Positions 34,169-43,713 of a DNA stretch of 64,000 nucleotides are shown here, piece by piece; position 1 is the first letter of the stretch, and every line of letters begins with the position of its first letter. The translations under genes were made by a program, and so were the position numbers. Under the pieces are notes generated by a model. That model searched no databases. It saw only the letters and a program-made list of their open reading frames with translations, and was not told the origin of the DNA. The DNA lies in NCBI GenBank assembly GCA_001783805.1, contig MFNS01000006.1:34095-98094 (forward strand). The letters run 5' to 3'. The stretch is from Candidatus Levybacteria bacterium RIFCSPHIGHO2_01_FULL_40_16 (GTDB lineage Bacteria > Patescibacteriota > Microgenomatia > Levybacterales > UBA12049).

Positions 34169-36832
34169 ATGTTTAATTTCATTGGTAAAATTTTTGATTC
34201 TAACGAAAAAGAAATAAATAAATTAAAACCAATTGTTTCGGAGACTAATTCATTTGAAGAAAAATTTAAAAAATTAAAGGACAAAGACTTTCCTTTAAAA
34301 ACAAAAGAATTTAAGGAGAGAGTAAGGGACGGAGAATCTTTGGATCTCTTGTTACCCGAAGCATTTGCAATCGTTCGCGAGGCATCGAGAAGATCTATCG
34401 GGCAGCGGCATTATGATGTTCAACTAATGGCAGGAATAACACTGGCGAGCGGAAAAATTGCAGAACAAAAAACAGGAGAGGGAAAAACCCTCTCCTCAGT
34501 TCCGGCATTATATCTACATAGTCTAACTGGCAAAGGTACTCATTTGGTTACCGTCAATGATTATCTGGCCCGCCGTGATGCGGGATGGATGGGTCCGATA
34601 TTTAATCTTCTTGGAATAACGGTTTCTTCAATTATCAATGATACATCTTTTATCTTTGATCCAAATTTTGTCAATAAAGACGCGCAAGATCCCAGACTTT
34701 CTCACTTAAGACCAATTACCCGAAAAGAAGCTTACGGGGCAGATGTTACTTATGGAATAAATTCGGAATTTGGTTTTGATTATCTTCGAGATAATATGGC
34801 TCAATCGATAGAGGAAACAGTGCAGCGGGGATATTATTATGCGATTGTTGATGAAGTTGACTCAGTTTTGATCGACGAAGCGCGAACTCCACATATAATT
34901 TCTGCTCCGGACGAATCTCCAACGCAAAAATATTATGAATATGCAAAGTTGGTTGATAACTTAAATCCGGACATAGATTATAAAATTGACGAAAAATTAA
35001 GAACTGCCCATCTGACAGATCATGGTATCGGAAAAATTGAAAAACTTTATGGAATTAATAATATTTATGAAAAAGATTTTAATACTGTTTATCATTTGGA
35101 AGCGGCATTGAAAGCCCGGACATTATTCAAAAAAGAAAAAGATTATATCGTGAAAGATAATCAAGTCATTCTGGTTGATGAATTTACCGGGCGGCTCATG
35201 ATAGGCAGAAGACTTTCCGAAGGATTGCATCAGGCAATAGAAGCAAAAGAAAATGTTTCGATACAACGGGAATCAAAGACAATGGCAACGGTATCTTTGC
35301 AAAATTATTTTAGAATGTATGAAAAATTAGCAGGAATGACGGGAACGGCTGTTACGGAAGCACGCGAATTTCATAAAATCTATAATCTTTCGGTTGTTGT
35401 AATTCCCACAAATAAATTAATGATTCGATGCGATCATCAGGATTTAGTTTATAAAACCGGACGGGCTAAATTATCTGCGGTTGCCAACGAAATTGAAAAA
35501 ACTCACAAAACCGGACAACCTATTTTAGTTGGTACAACATCAATAGACAAAAATGAATTGATATCGGAACTTTTAAGGCGTCGCGGAATTAAGCATGAGA
35601 TTTTGAATGCTAAAAATCACGAACAGGAAGCAAGAATAATTGCTATGGCCGGAGAAAAAGGCGCTGTAACTGTGGCAACCAATATGGCAGGCCGGGGTGT
35701 GGATATTATTTTGGGCGGAGAAACACCTTCTGCAGGTGAGAATTCAGGTTTATTTAAAAAATGGCAAAAAGAACATGATGAAGTTGTGGGGCTTGGCGGA
35801 TTATATGTAATTGGTACCGAAAGACATGAGTCCCGAAGAATAGATAATCAGTTGCGGGGAAGATCGGGTCGTCAGGGAGACCCGGGAGCATCCCGATTCT
35901 TTGTTGCGTTGGATGATGAAATAATGAGGCTTTTTGGCGGAGATACAATATCGGGAGTCATGACACGATTTAATATGCCTGAAGATGTTCCGTTACAGCA
36001 CATGATTGTTTCCAGGGCAATTGAGCAAGCGCAGACAAAAGTTGAAGGATTTAATTTTGATATTAGGAAACATCTGGTTGATTATGATGATGTCCTAAAT
36101 AAGCAAAGGGAAATAATTTACAAAAGACGAAGAGTAGTTTTGGAAAATAAAGAATCTCTGGAAAAAGAAATAATGGAAAAAATCGATACGTCTTTAGCAA
36201 CTATTGTTAATATTCATACAGCTCAAGTGGGCGATGATAAACCTATTGATGAAAAAATAATTGATGATTTTACTACAATACTTCCTTTCGATGAATCTTC
36301 CAAAAAGCAATTAATAAAACAATTAGAAGTAGCAGTGGGTATAGAGCAGAAAATAACCTTTTTGACCAGCATTGCTCGCGATATTTATAATCAGCGGAAA
36401 AAACAATTGGGAGAAGAGATGATGAAGCAAATTGAAAGATATGTGATGTTATCGGTTAGCGATACGCTTTGGATGGATCATTTGGATGCGGTTGAAAATC
36501 TAAGGGGGGGAATTGGGCTTCGGGGCTATGGGCAAAGAGATCCGCTGGTTGAGTACAAGAATGAAGCTTATGCGATGTTTGAACAGTTAATTAATGCAAT
36601 AGATGATGAAATCGTGCATAGAATTTACAGAATTCAGATACAGCAGGCTCCGCAAATGCATCAACACGTAAGAGAACAGGCAGCCGGTTCAGCAGTTGGC
36701 ATTTCTGAAACTTCAATTAATAATAAAAAATCCACAACAAGTAATCCCGTAGATAAAAAAAAGATTGGGCGCAATGATCCTTGTTATTGCGGATCGGGAA
36801 AAAAATACAAAAAATGCCACTACCCTAATTAG
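34169..36832 (+). CDS. secA: preprotein translocase ATPase SecA
   Basis: DEAD motor, PPXD, C-terminal zinc-binding CYCGSGKKYKKCH. Confidence 0.95.
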   Translation: MFNFIGKIFDSNEKEINKLKPIVSETNSFEEKFKKLKDKDFPLKTKEFKERVRDGESLDLLLPEAFAIVREASRRSIGQRHYDVQLMAGITLASGKIAEQKTGEGKTLSSVPALYLHSLTGKGTHLVTVNDYLARRDAGWMGPIFNLLGITVSSIINDTSFIFDPNFVNKDAQDPRLSHLRPITRKEAYGADVTYGINSEFGFDYLRDNMAQSIEETVQRGYYYAIVDEVDSVLIDEARTPHIISAPDESPTQKYYEYAKLVDNLNPDIDYKIDEKLRTAHLTDHGIGKIEKLYGINNIYEKDFNTVYHLEAALKARTLFKKEKDYIVKDNQVILVDEFTGRLMIGRRLSEGLHQAIEAKENVSIQRESKTMATVSLQNYFRMYEKLAGMTGTAVTEAREFHKIYNLSVVVIPTNKLMIRCDHQDLVYKTGRAKLSAVANEIEKTHKTGQPILVGTTSIDKNELISELLRRRGIKHEILNAKNHEQEARIIAMAGEKGAVTVATNMAGRGVDIILGGETPSAGENSGLFKKWQKEHDEVVGLGGLYVIGTERHESRRIDNQLRGRSGRQGDPGASRFFVALDDEIMRLFGGDTISGVMTRFNMPEDVPLQHMIVSRAIEQAQTKVEGFNFDIRKHLVDYDDVLNKQREIIYKRRRVVLENKESLEKEIMEKIDTSLATIVNIHTAQVGDDKPIDEKIIDDFTTILPFDESSKKQLIKQLEVAVGIEQKITFLTSIARDIYNQRKKQLGEEMMKQIERYVMLSVSDTLWMDHLDAVENLRGGIGLRGYGQRDPLVEYKNEAYAMFEQLINAIDDEIVHRIYRIQIQQAPQMHQHVREQAAGSAVGISETSINNKKSTTSNPVDKKKIGRNDPCYCGSGKKYKKCHYPN

Positions 36833-37215
36833 TCTTCGATTTTGAGGACTTCTTTAACCCTATCAACAATTCCCTCCAGCTTTATATCCGATTTTACCAA
36901 ATAGTAAGCAGGTTGATTCCTGAGAACAGAATTAATTACATAGCTGGAATTTGGATTTACATTAGTAAGAATAATAACCGGGACTGTTCTTCCCCATTCA
37001 TCATGCCTTAGCTTTTGAAGCATGATCATTCCATCCATTTTTGGCATGAGAATGTCCAAAAGGATAAGATCAGGACGTTCCTTCAAAGAGATGGCCAGTC
37101 CTTGTTCTCCGTCAGTTGCGGTAAGAGTTGTAAACTCCTGATTTGTAAGGGCTTGCGAAATAGCGTCTAACATGGCTTCTTCGTCCTCAATTATTAAGAT
37201 TTTTTTGTTGTCCAT
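36829..37215 (-). CDS. response regulator, receiver domain only (CheY-like)
   Basis: ILIIEDEE, ILLDILMP (phospho-Asp), SSYVINS (Thr/Ser), K near C-terminus; AGGAGG SD before ATG at 37215. Confidence 0.75.
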   Translation of the reverse strand: MDNKKILIIEDEEAMLDAISQALTNQEFTTLTATDGEQGLAISLKERPDLILLDILMPKMDGMIMLQKLRHDEWGRTVPVIILTNVNPNSSYVINSVLRNQPAYYLVKSDIKLEGIVDRVKEVLKIED

Positions 37216-37257
37216 TGCCTCCTTATTGTAAACAAGCTCAGGGACATTTGCAACACT

Positions 37258-37323
37258 TAAGCGGGCAGGCCCGCCTGCCATCGCTACCAGCCCGGACTAG
37301 CCCAGGCATGGCAAGGCAGACGC
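37258..37323 (-). other. GC-rich structured island (about 66 nt) between histidine kinase stop and response-regulator start
   Basis: gcgggcaggcccgcctgcc... with alternative overlapping stems; about 65-70% GC in a roughly 35% GC genome. Confidence 0.4.
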
Positions 37324-38064
37324 TCAGGCATTAGCGGGCAGGGAAATGGAAAACGTTGTACCCGTGTTCTCTTCGGACTTAAAATTAATATTCGCCCGTA
37401 GTTTCTTTAAAATTAGCCTGACCAGATACAAGCTAAAACCCATATCTTTAAAATTAACAGAATCTGCCAATATTTTTGACCTTTTTTCTTTGGGGATTCC
37501 ATAGCCGTTATCTTTTATTTCAACTAGCAATCTCTTGTTTAAAAAATCTGCTTTAATATCAATATTTCCGTTTTCCGGGGTATATTTGACTGCGTTTTCA
37601 ATAAGACTTTGAAAAGCAATGCTTAAGAGCTTTGAATCTGTCTGAATTGAGACTTCCTGTTCTGCAGGATAAACCTCCTGTAAATGAAGTTTACGCCTTT
37701 CAATTCTAAATTGTAACTTTCGGATAATTCTTCCGATTAAATCTTTTATGTCAACCCTTTCGATTTTGACAGTGAGATTGTTAGATTGTAACTGCAAAAG
37801 GACAATTAAAGACTCAATAGTCTCGTTCAATTTTTCGCTGGCATTGTAAATTTCCGTAAAATATTTTTCTTGCTTATCATTGAGATTTCCAACTGATTTA
37901 TCAGACAATAGTTCTATATACCATTTGATAATAGAAATTGGAGATCTGAATCTATGCGCCATGACATGAAAAAACTCAATTTTATCCTTCTCTTCCCTAG
38001 ATAATATAAGAAAGAAAACTAACGTTATTAATACTAGGACTAAGAATAATGTAAAAACCGGCAT
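37324..38064 (-). CDS. sensor histidine kinase (TM + HisKA + HATPase_c)
   Basis: H-box MAHRFRSPISII, N-box ENAVKYT, G-boxes DNGYGIP / GTTFSISLP. Confidence 0.75.
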   Translation of the reverse strand: MPVFTLFLVLVLITLVFFLILSREEKDKIEFFHVMAHRFRSPISIIKWYIELLSDKSVGNLNDKQEKYFTEIYNASEKLNETIESLIVLLQLQSNNLTVKIERVDIKDLIGRIIRKLQFRIERRKLHLQEVYPAEQEVSIQTDSKLLSIAFQSLIENAVKYTPENGNIDIKADFLNKRLLVEIKDNGYGIPKEKRSKILADSVNFKDMGFSLYLVRLILKKLRANINFKSEENTGTTFSISLPANA

Positions 38065-38114
38065 ATTTTCACTATACTATATTTACGGATAAATGTGTAA
38101 AATAAATATAAATA

Positions 38115-38150
38115 GGATAAATCCAGCACCGAATCGGTGCTGGATAAAAC
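38115..38150. repeat. hairpin element family B copy 1 (ATCCAGCACC-gaatc-GGTGCTGGAT) in HK / RlpA-like divergent intergenic
   Basis: Perfect 10-bp inverted repeat flanked by GGATAA ... AAAAC; degenerate copy at 46562..46594. Confidence 0.55.
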
Positions 38151-38154
38151 TGCC

Positions 38155-39024
38155 ATGACCAATTCACACTACAAAAAATTAAGCGAGAGATGGAGAGCCC
38201 GGCACCAGGACTTACAAAGAAAACTTTGGAGTAAACATGATGAAGCTCTAAAATGGCTATCCAACAACTATCGGCAATTGGCTTCGGGATCTTTGGGGGG
38301 GTTAATGCTTTTAACAGGACAAATCTCCAATCCTTTCCCCTCTTCGAATGTTGTCAATGCTGCAGCTCCAATAGCTCGGAAAGTGGACAAAAAAGTATTT
38401 TTAGTAGCGGATCTGACTCGTATTTTGCCCAAAGATGTAATTCCGTTGGAGAGAGCGGATGAACAGAAAATCTCAGACATATTATCTAGGACTTTTAGCA
38501 TCAAAGTCACGCCGGAACTGAAGGGTAAAAGACTCAATAGGAATTATGGACTGATTGGGGCGGAGCAGCATTTGGCCCGTTATCCGGGAGACACATTAGG
38601 CACTCATTTTGACTCCCAAGACGACATGAGAGTTTATTGGCAGCAAGGTATGGCTCCGGGATTGGGCGCCTGGAGCTATTTTGCCCCCTCAAAAGAAGCG
38701 CTAACTAAGGAAGATATAGACAGAGAAAAATATTATATTGCTGTTCCCACATTTTTATCAAAAGATTTTAATAGTAGATTTGCGGAATACCGTGATTTTT
38801 ATAAATACAGAAAAATGCTAGTCGTAAATCCTAACAATGGAAAAGCTATTGTTGCGGATATAGCGGATGCAGGGCCCGCTACCTGGACAGGTAAACATTT
38901 GGGCGGTTCTCCCGAGGTTATGCATTATCTGGAGCGAGTTGACGGATCGTTAAGGGGTCCGGTACTCTACTTTTTTATTGACGATCCTGATGATAAGATT
39001 AAATTAGGCCCGATTAGCGTTTAA
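38155..39024 (+). CDS. RlpA-like double-psi beta-barrel domain protein (secreted/membrane)
   Basis: C-terminal KMLVVNPNNGKAIVADIADAGP...HLGGSPEVMHYL resembles RlpA/DPBB; ATG at 38155 preferred over GTG at 38137. Confidence 0.4.
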   Translation: MTNSHYKKLSERWRARHQDLQRKLWSKHDEALKWLSNNYRQLASGSLGGLMLLTGQISNPFPSSNVVNAAAPIARKVDKKVFLVADLTRILPKDVIPLERADEQKISDILSRTFSIKVTPELKGKRLNRNYGLIGAEQHLARYPGDTLGTHFDSQDDMRVYWQQGMAPGLGAWSYFAPSKEALTKEDIDREKYYIAVPTFLSKDFNSRFAEYRDFYKYRKMLVVNPNNGKAIVADIADAGPATWTGKHLGGSPEVMHYLERVDGSLRGPVLYFFIDDPDDKIKLGPISV

Positions 39025-39029
39025 AAGCT

Positions 39030-39356
39030 ATGAGAAGAAAATATTTTTATACTCACATTGTGGATACGTCTACGCTCTCTTTAAAGTTAGGCGACATGGA
39101 TTTAACTCCAAAGGAAAGACTGCATTTAATTTCTCTGATTAATTCTAATATTCACCACGAGATTTTGGACCTAGTTTTATCAGAACTTAATCCGATAGAT
39201 AAAGAAACATTTTTGGCTAGCCTTGCTTCGGAGGATCACGCTAAAATTTGGAAATTGCTAAATGCCAAGGTAGAGAATATCGAAGAAAAAATTAAGAAAA
39301 CCGCGGAGGATATAATAAAAGAATTACACAAAGATATAAAAGAGGTTGCGGGTTAG
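39030..39356 (+). CDS. hypothetical protein
   Basis: 108-aa helical ORF, no recognisable motif. Confidence 0.3.
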   Translation: MRRKYFYTHIVDTSTLSLKLGDMDLTPKERLHLISLINSNIHHEILDLVLSELNPIDKETFLASLASEDHAKIWKLLNAKVENIEEKIKKTAEDIIKELHKDIKEVAG

Positions 39357-39595
39357 TGTTTTTCTTTGAGATATCTTTGCTCAATTTTTTTTAATTTATC
39401 CCCAACTGCTCTTTCTACATCCACTCCTGCCGCGATGGCCAATTGCATAGCGGTTATGATAACGTCTGCAAATTCTTCGTACATATTGTGTTTGTCAAAG
39501 TTTTGCAATTTTGCGCGCCGCTGAAGTTTGAGAATCGAAAGGATGTCATTACATAATTCTCCTACTTCCTCATTGAGTTTTACGGTTTTTGTCAA
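39353..39595 (-). CDS. MazG-like nucleotide pyrophosphohydrolase domain protein (small)
   Basis: EEVGEL ... EEFADVIITAMQLAIAAGVDVERAV pattern. Confidence 0.45.
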   Translation of the reverse strand: MTKTVKLNEEVGELCNDILSILKLQRRAKLQNFDKHNMYEEFADVIITAMQLAIAAGVDVERAVGDKLKKIEQRYLKEKH

Positions 39596-39628
39596 AATCT
39601 CTTTTTCGATTGGTGAATAAAGCTTGTA

Positions 39629-40159
39629 TTGAGGCTTTGTTTTTTTCGTTTAATAATTTTATTTTTTCCTGCAGAGATTTTAGATTCATGCTACCATTGT
39701 AACATAATGTTGAATATATTCATGATTTTTTTGGCAAAATACTTGTATTTGTTTGTTATTTTTATAGCAGTTTTATTTGTAGTCAAAGAAAAGACACGAA
39801 GAATGCGTATTTTGATTTTTTCAGCTGTTATTCTGCCTTTTATCTTTATAATTTCTCAAATTACAGGTAAAATTTATTATAATCCGGGGCCATTCGTAGT
39901 TGAACGTTTTATTCCGCTTGTTGCTCATGGCGCAAATAATGGTTTTCCGTCAGATCATTCATTAATAAGTTTTGCTTTGGCATCGATCATTTTTTTATTT
40001 AACAAGAAATGGGGAATAGTTTTATTTATTCTCTCTTTTCTAGTTGGTTATAGCCGCGTATACGTTGGCATACATCATCCAATTGACATTTTGGGAAGTT
40101 TCTTGATTAGCGTTATAGTTACTAAAATCTGTGCTACAATAGCCTCATGGAAGAAGTAG
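39629..40159 (+). CDS. PAP2 family phosphatase (undecaprenyl-diphosphatase-like)
   Basis: PAP2 motifs PSDHS and SRVYVGIHHPID; multi-TM; true start probably an internal Met. Confidence 0.65.
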   Translation: MRLCFFRLIILFFPAEILDSCYHCNIMLNIFMIFLAKYLYLFVIFIAVLFVVKEKTRRMRILIFSAVILPFIFIISQITGKIYYNPGPFVVERFIPLVAHGANNGFPSDHSLISFALASIIFLFNKKWGIVLFILSFLVGYSRVYVGIHHPIDILGSFLISVIVTKICATIASWKK

Positions 40160-40521
40160 ATACGCAAGAGTCTTGGAATAAAAAGCGAATTTTTATTGCT
40201 GTTTTTTTATTTATATTATTAATCGCCGGGGGATACCTCTTCAAAATCCGTTTTCTTGATGAATATTTATCCCAGCAGGCAAAATCGGTTAAGGGAGTTG
40301 GTACGGCAGAAAAAATTACAGAGCCCGCGTTTAAAACGAACATTCAAGAAGCGTTGAAAGAAAAAATCAATAACCTTAAGCAGGAAGTCTCCGGCTTGAA
40401 TATTTCGGAGATTGCGTCCTCTTCTCCCCAAGTACAAAAAATACTTAAGGACATTAAGTCTTTGGAGCAATATCCGACTAATCAAATAAAAGAAATTTGT
40501 AGAAAAATTTGCGGTTTATAG
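40147..40521 (+). CDS. hypothetical membrane-anchored coiled-coil protein
   Basis: N-terminal TM then helical region. Confidence 0.3.
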   Translation: MEEVDTQESWNKKRIFIAVFLFILLIAGGYLFKIRFLDEYLSQQAKSVKGVGTAEKITEPAFKTNIQEALKEKINNLKQEVSGLNISEIASSSPQVQKILKDIKSLEQYPTNQIKEICRKICGL

Positions 40522-40524
40522 AGT

Positions 40525-41529
40525 ATGGACGAAATAAAAGATAGGGCAAATAAATTATTGGCGAAATTGGATAGCGATAAAAAAAGGCAAGAGATAAGAT
40601 TAATTGAGGCGGAAAGCTTAAAGCCCAACTTTTGGCAAAATCATCAAAATGCAGCAATCAAGATGAAGGAAATGTCTGATCTTCAGACGGAAGTTGCCAA
40701 AGCGGAAGTTCTGCAGAGCAGAATTCAGAGCGGAGATTGGGGTGGAGCGAAGGAATTGTTGGAAGAGCTTGAGGTTTTTCTTTATTTATCCGGTCAATAT
40801 GATAAAAATTCGGCAATTTTGGCTATTCACGCAGGTCAGGGCGGAGTTGAGGCAATGGATTGGGCGCAAATGCTATTTAGAATGTACACGAGGTATTGTG
40901 AGAGAAAAAGATTCAAGTCGGAAATAATTGATGAAACCTACGGTGAAGAAGCGGGATATAAAAGTGTTGTGATAACAGTTAGCGGCAAATATGCTTACGG
41001 ATACCTGAAGGGTGAGGCTGGAGTCCATCGTTTGGTAAGGCTCTCGCCTTACAATGCGGATAACCTCCGTCAGACATCCTTTGCCCTGGTTGAAGTGCTG
41101 CCGGATATTGGCGATAACGGCGATATAGAAATAAAAGAGGACGATTTGGAATGGAATTTTTTCCGCGCGGGAGGGCACGGAGGACAAAATGTCAACAAAG
41201 TTTCCACCGCTGTCAGACTCAAGCATAAACCTACGGGAATTATAGTAACGGCTCAAACGGAAAGATTTCAGGCGCAAAATAGGGAATACGCCTTAAAGAT
41301 CTTGCGGGCAAAACTTTGGATTCTGAAAGAAGAAGAGCGAAAAAAGGAGGAAAAGAAATTAAAAGGAGGGTATAAAACTCCGGGATGGGGAAATCAAATC
41401 CGTTCCTACGTTTTACATCCTTACCATATGGTAAAAGATCTTCGGACAAATTTTGAAACAGGCAATACGGATGCGGTTCTGGACGGGGATCTGGACGAAT
41501 TCATTGATGAGGAATTACGCAAACTTTAA
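40525..41529 (+). CDS. prfB: peptide chain release factor 2 (no programmed frameshift seen)
   Basis: GGQNVNK motif; RF2-type tripeptide region reads SPY (SPF expected). Confidence 0.75.
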   Translation: MDEIKDRANKLLAKLDSDKKRQEIRLIEAESLKPNFWQNHQNAAIKMKEMSDLQTEVAKAEVLQSRIQSGDWGGAKELLEELEVFLYLSGQYDKNSAILAIHAGQGGVEAMDWAQMLFRMYTRYCERKRFKSEIIDETYGEEAGYKSVVITVSGKYAYGYLKGEAGVHRLVRLSPYNADNLRQTSFALVEVLPDIGDNGDIEIKEDDLEWNFFRAGGHGGQNVNKVSTAVRLKHKPTGIIVTAQTERFQAQNREYALKILRAKLWILKEEERKKEEKKLKGGYKTPGWGNQIRSYVLHPYHMVKDLRTNFETGNTDAVLDGDLDEFIDEELRKL

Positions 41530-41577
41530 CATTTGCCAAAAACCGCATTTTGTGCAATACTTTGAGTAGATAAAGCT

Positions 41578-42063
41578 ATGGAAAAGAAGGGAAAAGCATT
41601 GGAAGCAAATAAGTCAACAGAACAACCGCTGGTTCATAATTTCAATAACAACATAAATAATTCCATCTTCACGAAAAATCTATTTATTTTTCTTATTGTT
41701 ACGGCAATTATGGGGACGATGACGGGATATATATTAAGCAATAGAGATGGTGCCGGCGGAAATACGCTTACATCAGGCACAATAGATTCATCCAAAGTAT
41801 CAAAAGGAGTTATTGTGGGGTCCAATGATATCAAAACATTTAAGGACACTGCCAGCGGGACTTTAAAAAATGGGGGAATTAATGGAGAGGGACAATTCCA
41901 TCTGGTTAGAACCGGAGGAGATAGTCAAAACGTTTACCTCACTTCTTCAAGCGTAGATTTGTCTGTCTTTGTTGGTAAAAAAATAAAAGTGTGGGGCGAA
42001 ACGCAAAGGGCACAGTACGCGGGATGGCTCATGGATGTGGGGCGGGTAGAAGTAGCGGAGTAG
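41578..42063 (+). CDS. hypothetical membrane-anchored protein
   Basis: N-terminal TM, Gly/Ser/Thr-rich extracytoplasmic part. Confidence 0.3.
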   Translation: MEKKGKALEANKSTEQPLVHNFNNNINNSIFTKNLFIFLIVTAIMGTMTGYILSNRDGAGGNTLTSGTIDSSKVSKGVIVGSNDIKTFKDTASGTLKNGGINGEGQFHLVRTGGDSQNVYLTSSSVDLSVFVGKKIKVWGETQRAQYAGWLMDVGRVEVAE

Positions 42064-42082
42064 TCCTAATAAAACCTCTAAT

Positions 42083-42853
42083 ATGATACAACTAAGCAAA
42101 GTTTCAAAACAATTTCGTACTGGAGTTTTTGCACTTTCCGATATTAGTTTTGAAGTGGAAAAAGGGGAATTCGTTTTTTTGGTAGGCCCAACTGGAAGCG
42201 GAAAAACCACAATTTTTAGACTGCTTACCCGCGAAGCGCTTCCCACAACAGGTGAAGTAATTGTAGATAATTGGGATGTTGTAAAACTGCCAAACAATAA
42301 AATATCTCATCTTCGGAAAAAGATAGGTGTGGTATTCCAGGATTTGAAACTTTTAATGGACAGGACAATTTTTGAAAATATTATTCTGCCTCTTGAGGTT
42401 TCCGGGATAGATACTTTGCCCGCTGCTAAGATTGTCGAGGACGTCATGGGAAAGGTTGGAATTTTGAGTCATCGGGATAAATTTCCGATCCAGCTTTCCG
42501 GAGGAGAATTGCAAAGAGCGGCAATTGCCAGAGCGCTTATCCTTGAGCCGGATATCTTATTGGCAGATGAGCCAACAGGCAATTTGGACTCTCAAACAGC
42601 GATGGAGATTGTCAGGCTATTGGAGAATATTAATAAAAAAGGTACAACTGTAATTATGGCAACCCACAACGAAGATGCTATAAAAACGCTTTCGAAAAGA
42701 ATTATTGCTTTGGATAAAGGACAGCTGGCGGGAGAAAGCGGCAAGAAATCAAAAACGCACACAGAGCATTCTGAGAAAAAATCAGCTATTATAAAGAAGG
42801 AGGAGAATCCTTCGACGAGCTCAGGATTAAGAAAAGAAGATGAAGAATTTTAA
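42083..42853 (+). CDS. ftsE: cell division ATP-binding protein FtsE
   Basis: Walker A GPTGSGKTT, signature LSGGELQR, Walker B; followed by ftsX. Confidence 0.8.
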   Translation: MIQLSKVSKQFRTGVFALSDISFEVEKGEFVFLVGPTGSGKTTIFRLLTREALPTTGEVIVDNWDVVKLPNNKISHLRKKIGVVFQDLKLLMDRTIFENIILPLEVSGIDTLPAAKIVEDVMGKVGILSHRDKFPIQLSGGELQRAAIARALILEPDILLADEPTGNLDSQTAMEIVRLLENINKKGTTVIMATHNEDAIKTLSKRIIALDKGQLAGESGKKSKTHTEHSEKKSAIIKKEENPSTSSGLRKEDEEF

Positions 42854-43706
42854 AACGACCTGGCGAAATATTAGGAGGTCTCCGTATCAGGCTTTTGCTG
42901 CGGTTTTCGTGATGACCTTAACTTTTTTATTCATCTCCCTTTTTACATTTTTGCTTTTCGGATCAACAAAAGCGATTAGTTATTTTGAGTCCCGCCCTCA
43001 GGTTACCGCGTTTTTCAAAAATGAAGTAAAGCAAGAGGATATAGATAATCTTAAGAACGAATTAATGGCAACCAATAAAGTTGCCAACGCAAAATTTGTT
43101 TCCAAACAGGATGCTCTGAAGATTTATAGAGAGCAGAATAAGGATGATCCCCTACTATTAGAGCTGGTAACTGCTGATATTCTGCCTGCTTCTTTGGAAA
43201 TCTCAACAATAAAAATTGAAGATTTGTCGGTAATAAATGATAAGCTTAAAGATTCTCCTTTGGTCTCGGAAGTGGTTTTTCAAAAAGATGTAGTTTCTGT
43301 TTTAACATCCTGGACAAACGCTTTGCGAACTATTGGACTGGGATTGATAATTGTTTTATCTTTAGTTTCGATTTTTATTATGGTAATTATAATCGGAATA
43401 AAAATTTCGCAGAAAAAAGAAGACATAGAAATTATGAGATTAATCGGAGCCGATAGATGGTATATCCGGTGGCCATTTATTTTTGAGGGAATTTCTTATG
43501 GAGTCGTGGGAGCATTCTTAGGATGGTTAATCTCAACCGGCGCATTATGGTATGCTACTCCATTTCTGTCGTCCTTTCTTAAAGGAATGCCAATTTTTCC
43601 TATCCCTCTCACTTTTTTCTTCGGTTTGTTAGGCGCAGAGTTATTGGTGGCTATAGTTTTGGGAACAGTTTCCAGTTTCCTGGCAGTACTCAGATATCTT
43701 AAGTAA
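42840..43706 (+). CDS. ftsX: cell division permease FtsX
   Basis: 4 TM with large extracytoplasmic loop; FtsX-like C-terminus. Confidence 0.75.
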   Translation: MKNFKTTWRNIRRSPYQAFAAVFVMTLTFLFISLFTFLLFGSTKAISYFESRPQVTAFFKNEVKQEDIDNLKNELMATNKVANAKFVSKQDALKIYREQNKDDPLLLELVTADILPASLEISTIKIEDLSVINDKLKDSPLVSEVVFQKDVVSVLTSWTNALRTIGLGLIIVLSLVSIFIMVIIIGIKISQKKEDIEIMRLIGADRWYIRWPFIFEGISYGVVGAFLGWLISTGALWYATPFLSSFLKGMPIFPIPLTFFFGLLGAELLVAIVLGTVSSFLAVLRYLK

Positions 43707-43713
43707 AATATGT

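Noticed and set aside
33973-34284. 103-aa minus-strand ORF spanning the secA leader
   Set aside because: It overlaps the poly-K uORF, terminator hairpin and secA start on the opposite strand, and has a low-complexity translation. The region is better explained by the leader elements.
36829-37281. Longer RR ORF starting at 37281 (MAGGPARLSV...)
   Set aside because: The N-terminal extension is encoded by the GC-rich structured intergenic element. The ATG at 37215 has a canonical AGGAGG SD and starts the receiver domain at the expected position.
38137-38154. GTG start at 38137 for the RlpA-like gene
   Set aside because: It would place the start inside the perfect palindrome. The ATG at 38155 is more plausible, though neither has an SD.
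40525-40620. Programmed +1 frameshift in prfB
   Set aside because: RF2 is encoded as one continuous ORF. There is no CUU-UGA-C-type shift site or upstream SD-like element, and the preceding ORF (40147-40521) is a distinct membrane protein, not an RF2 N-terminus.
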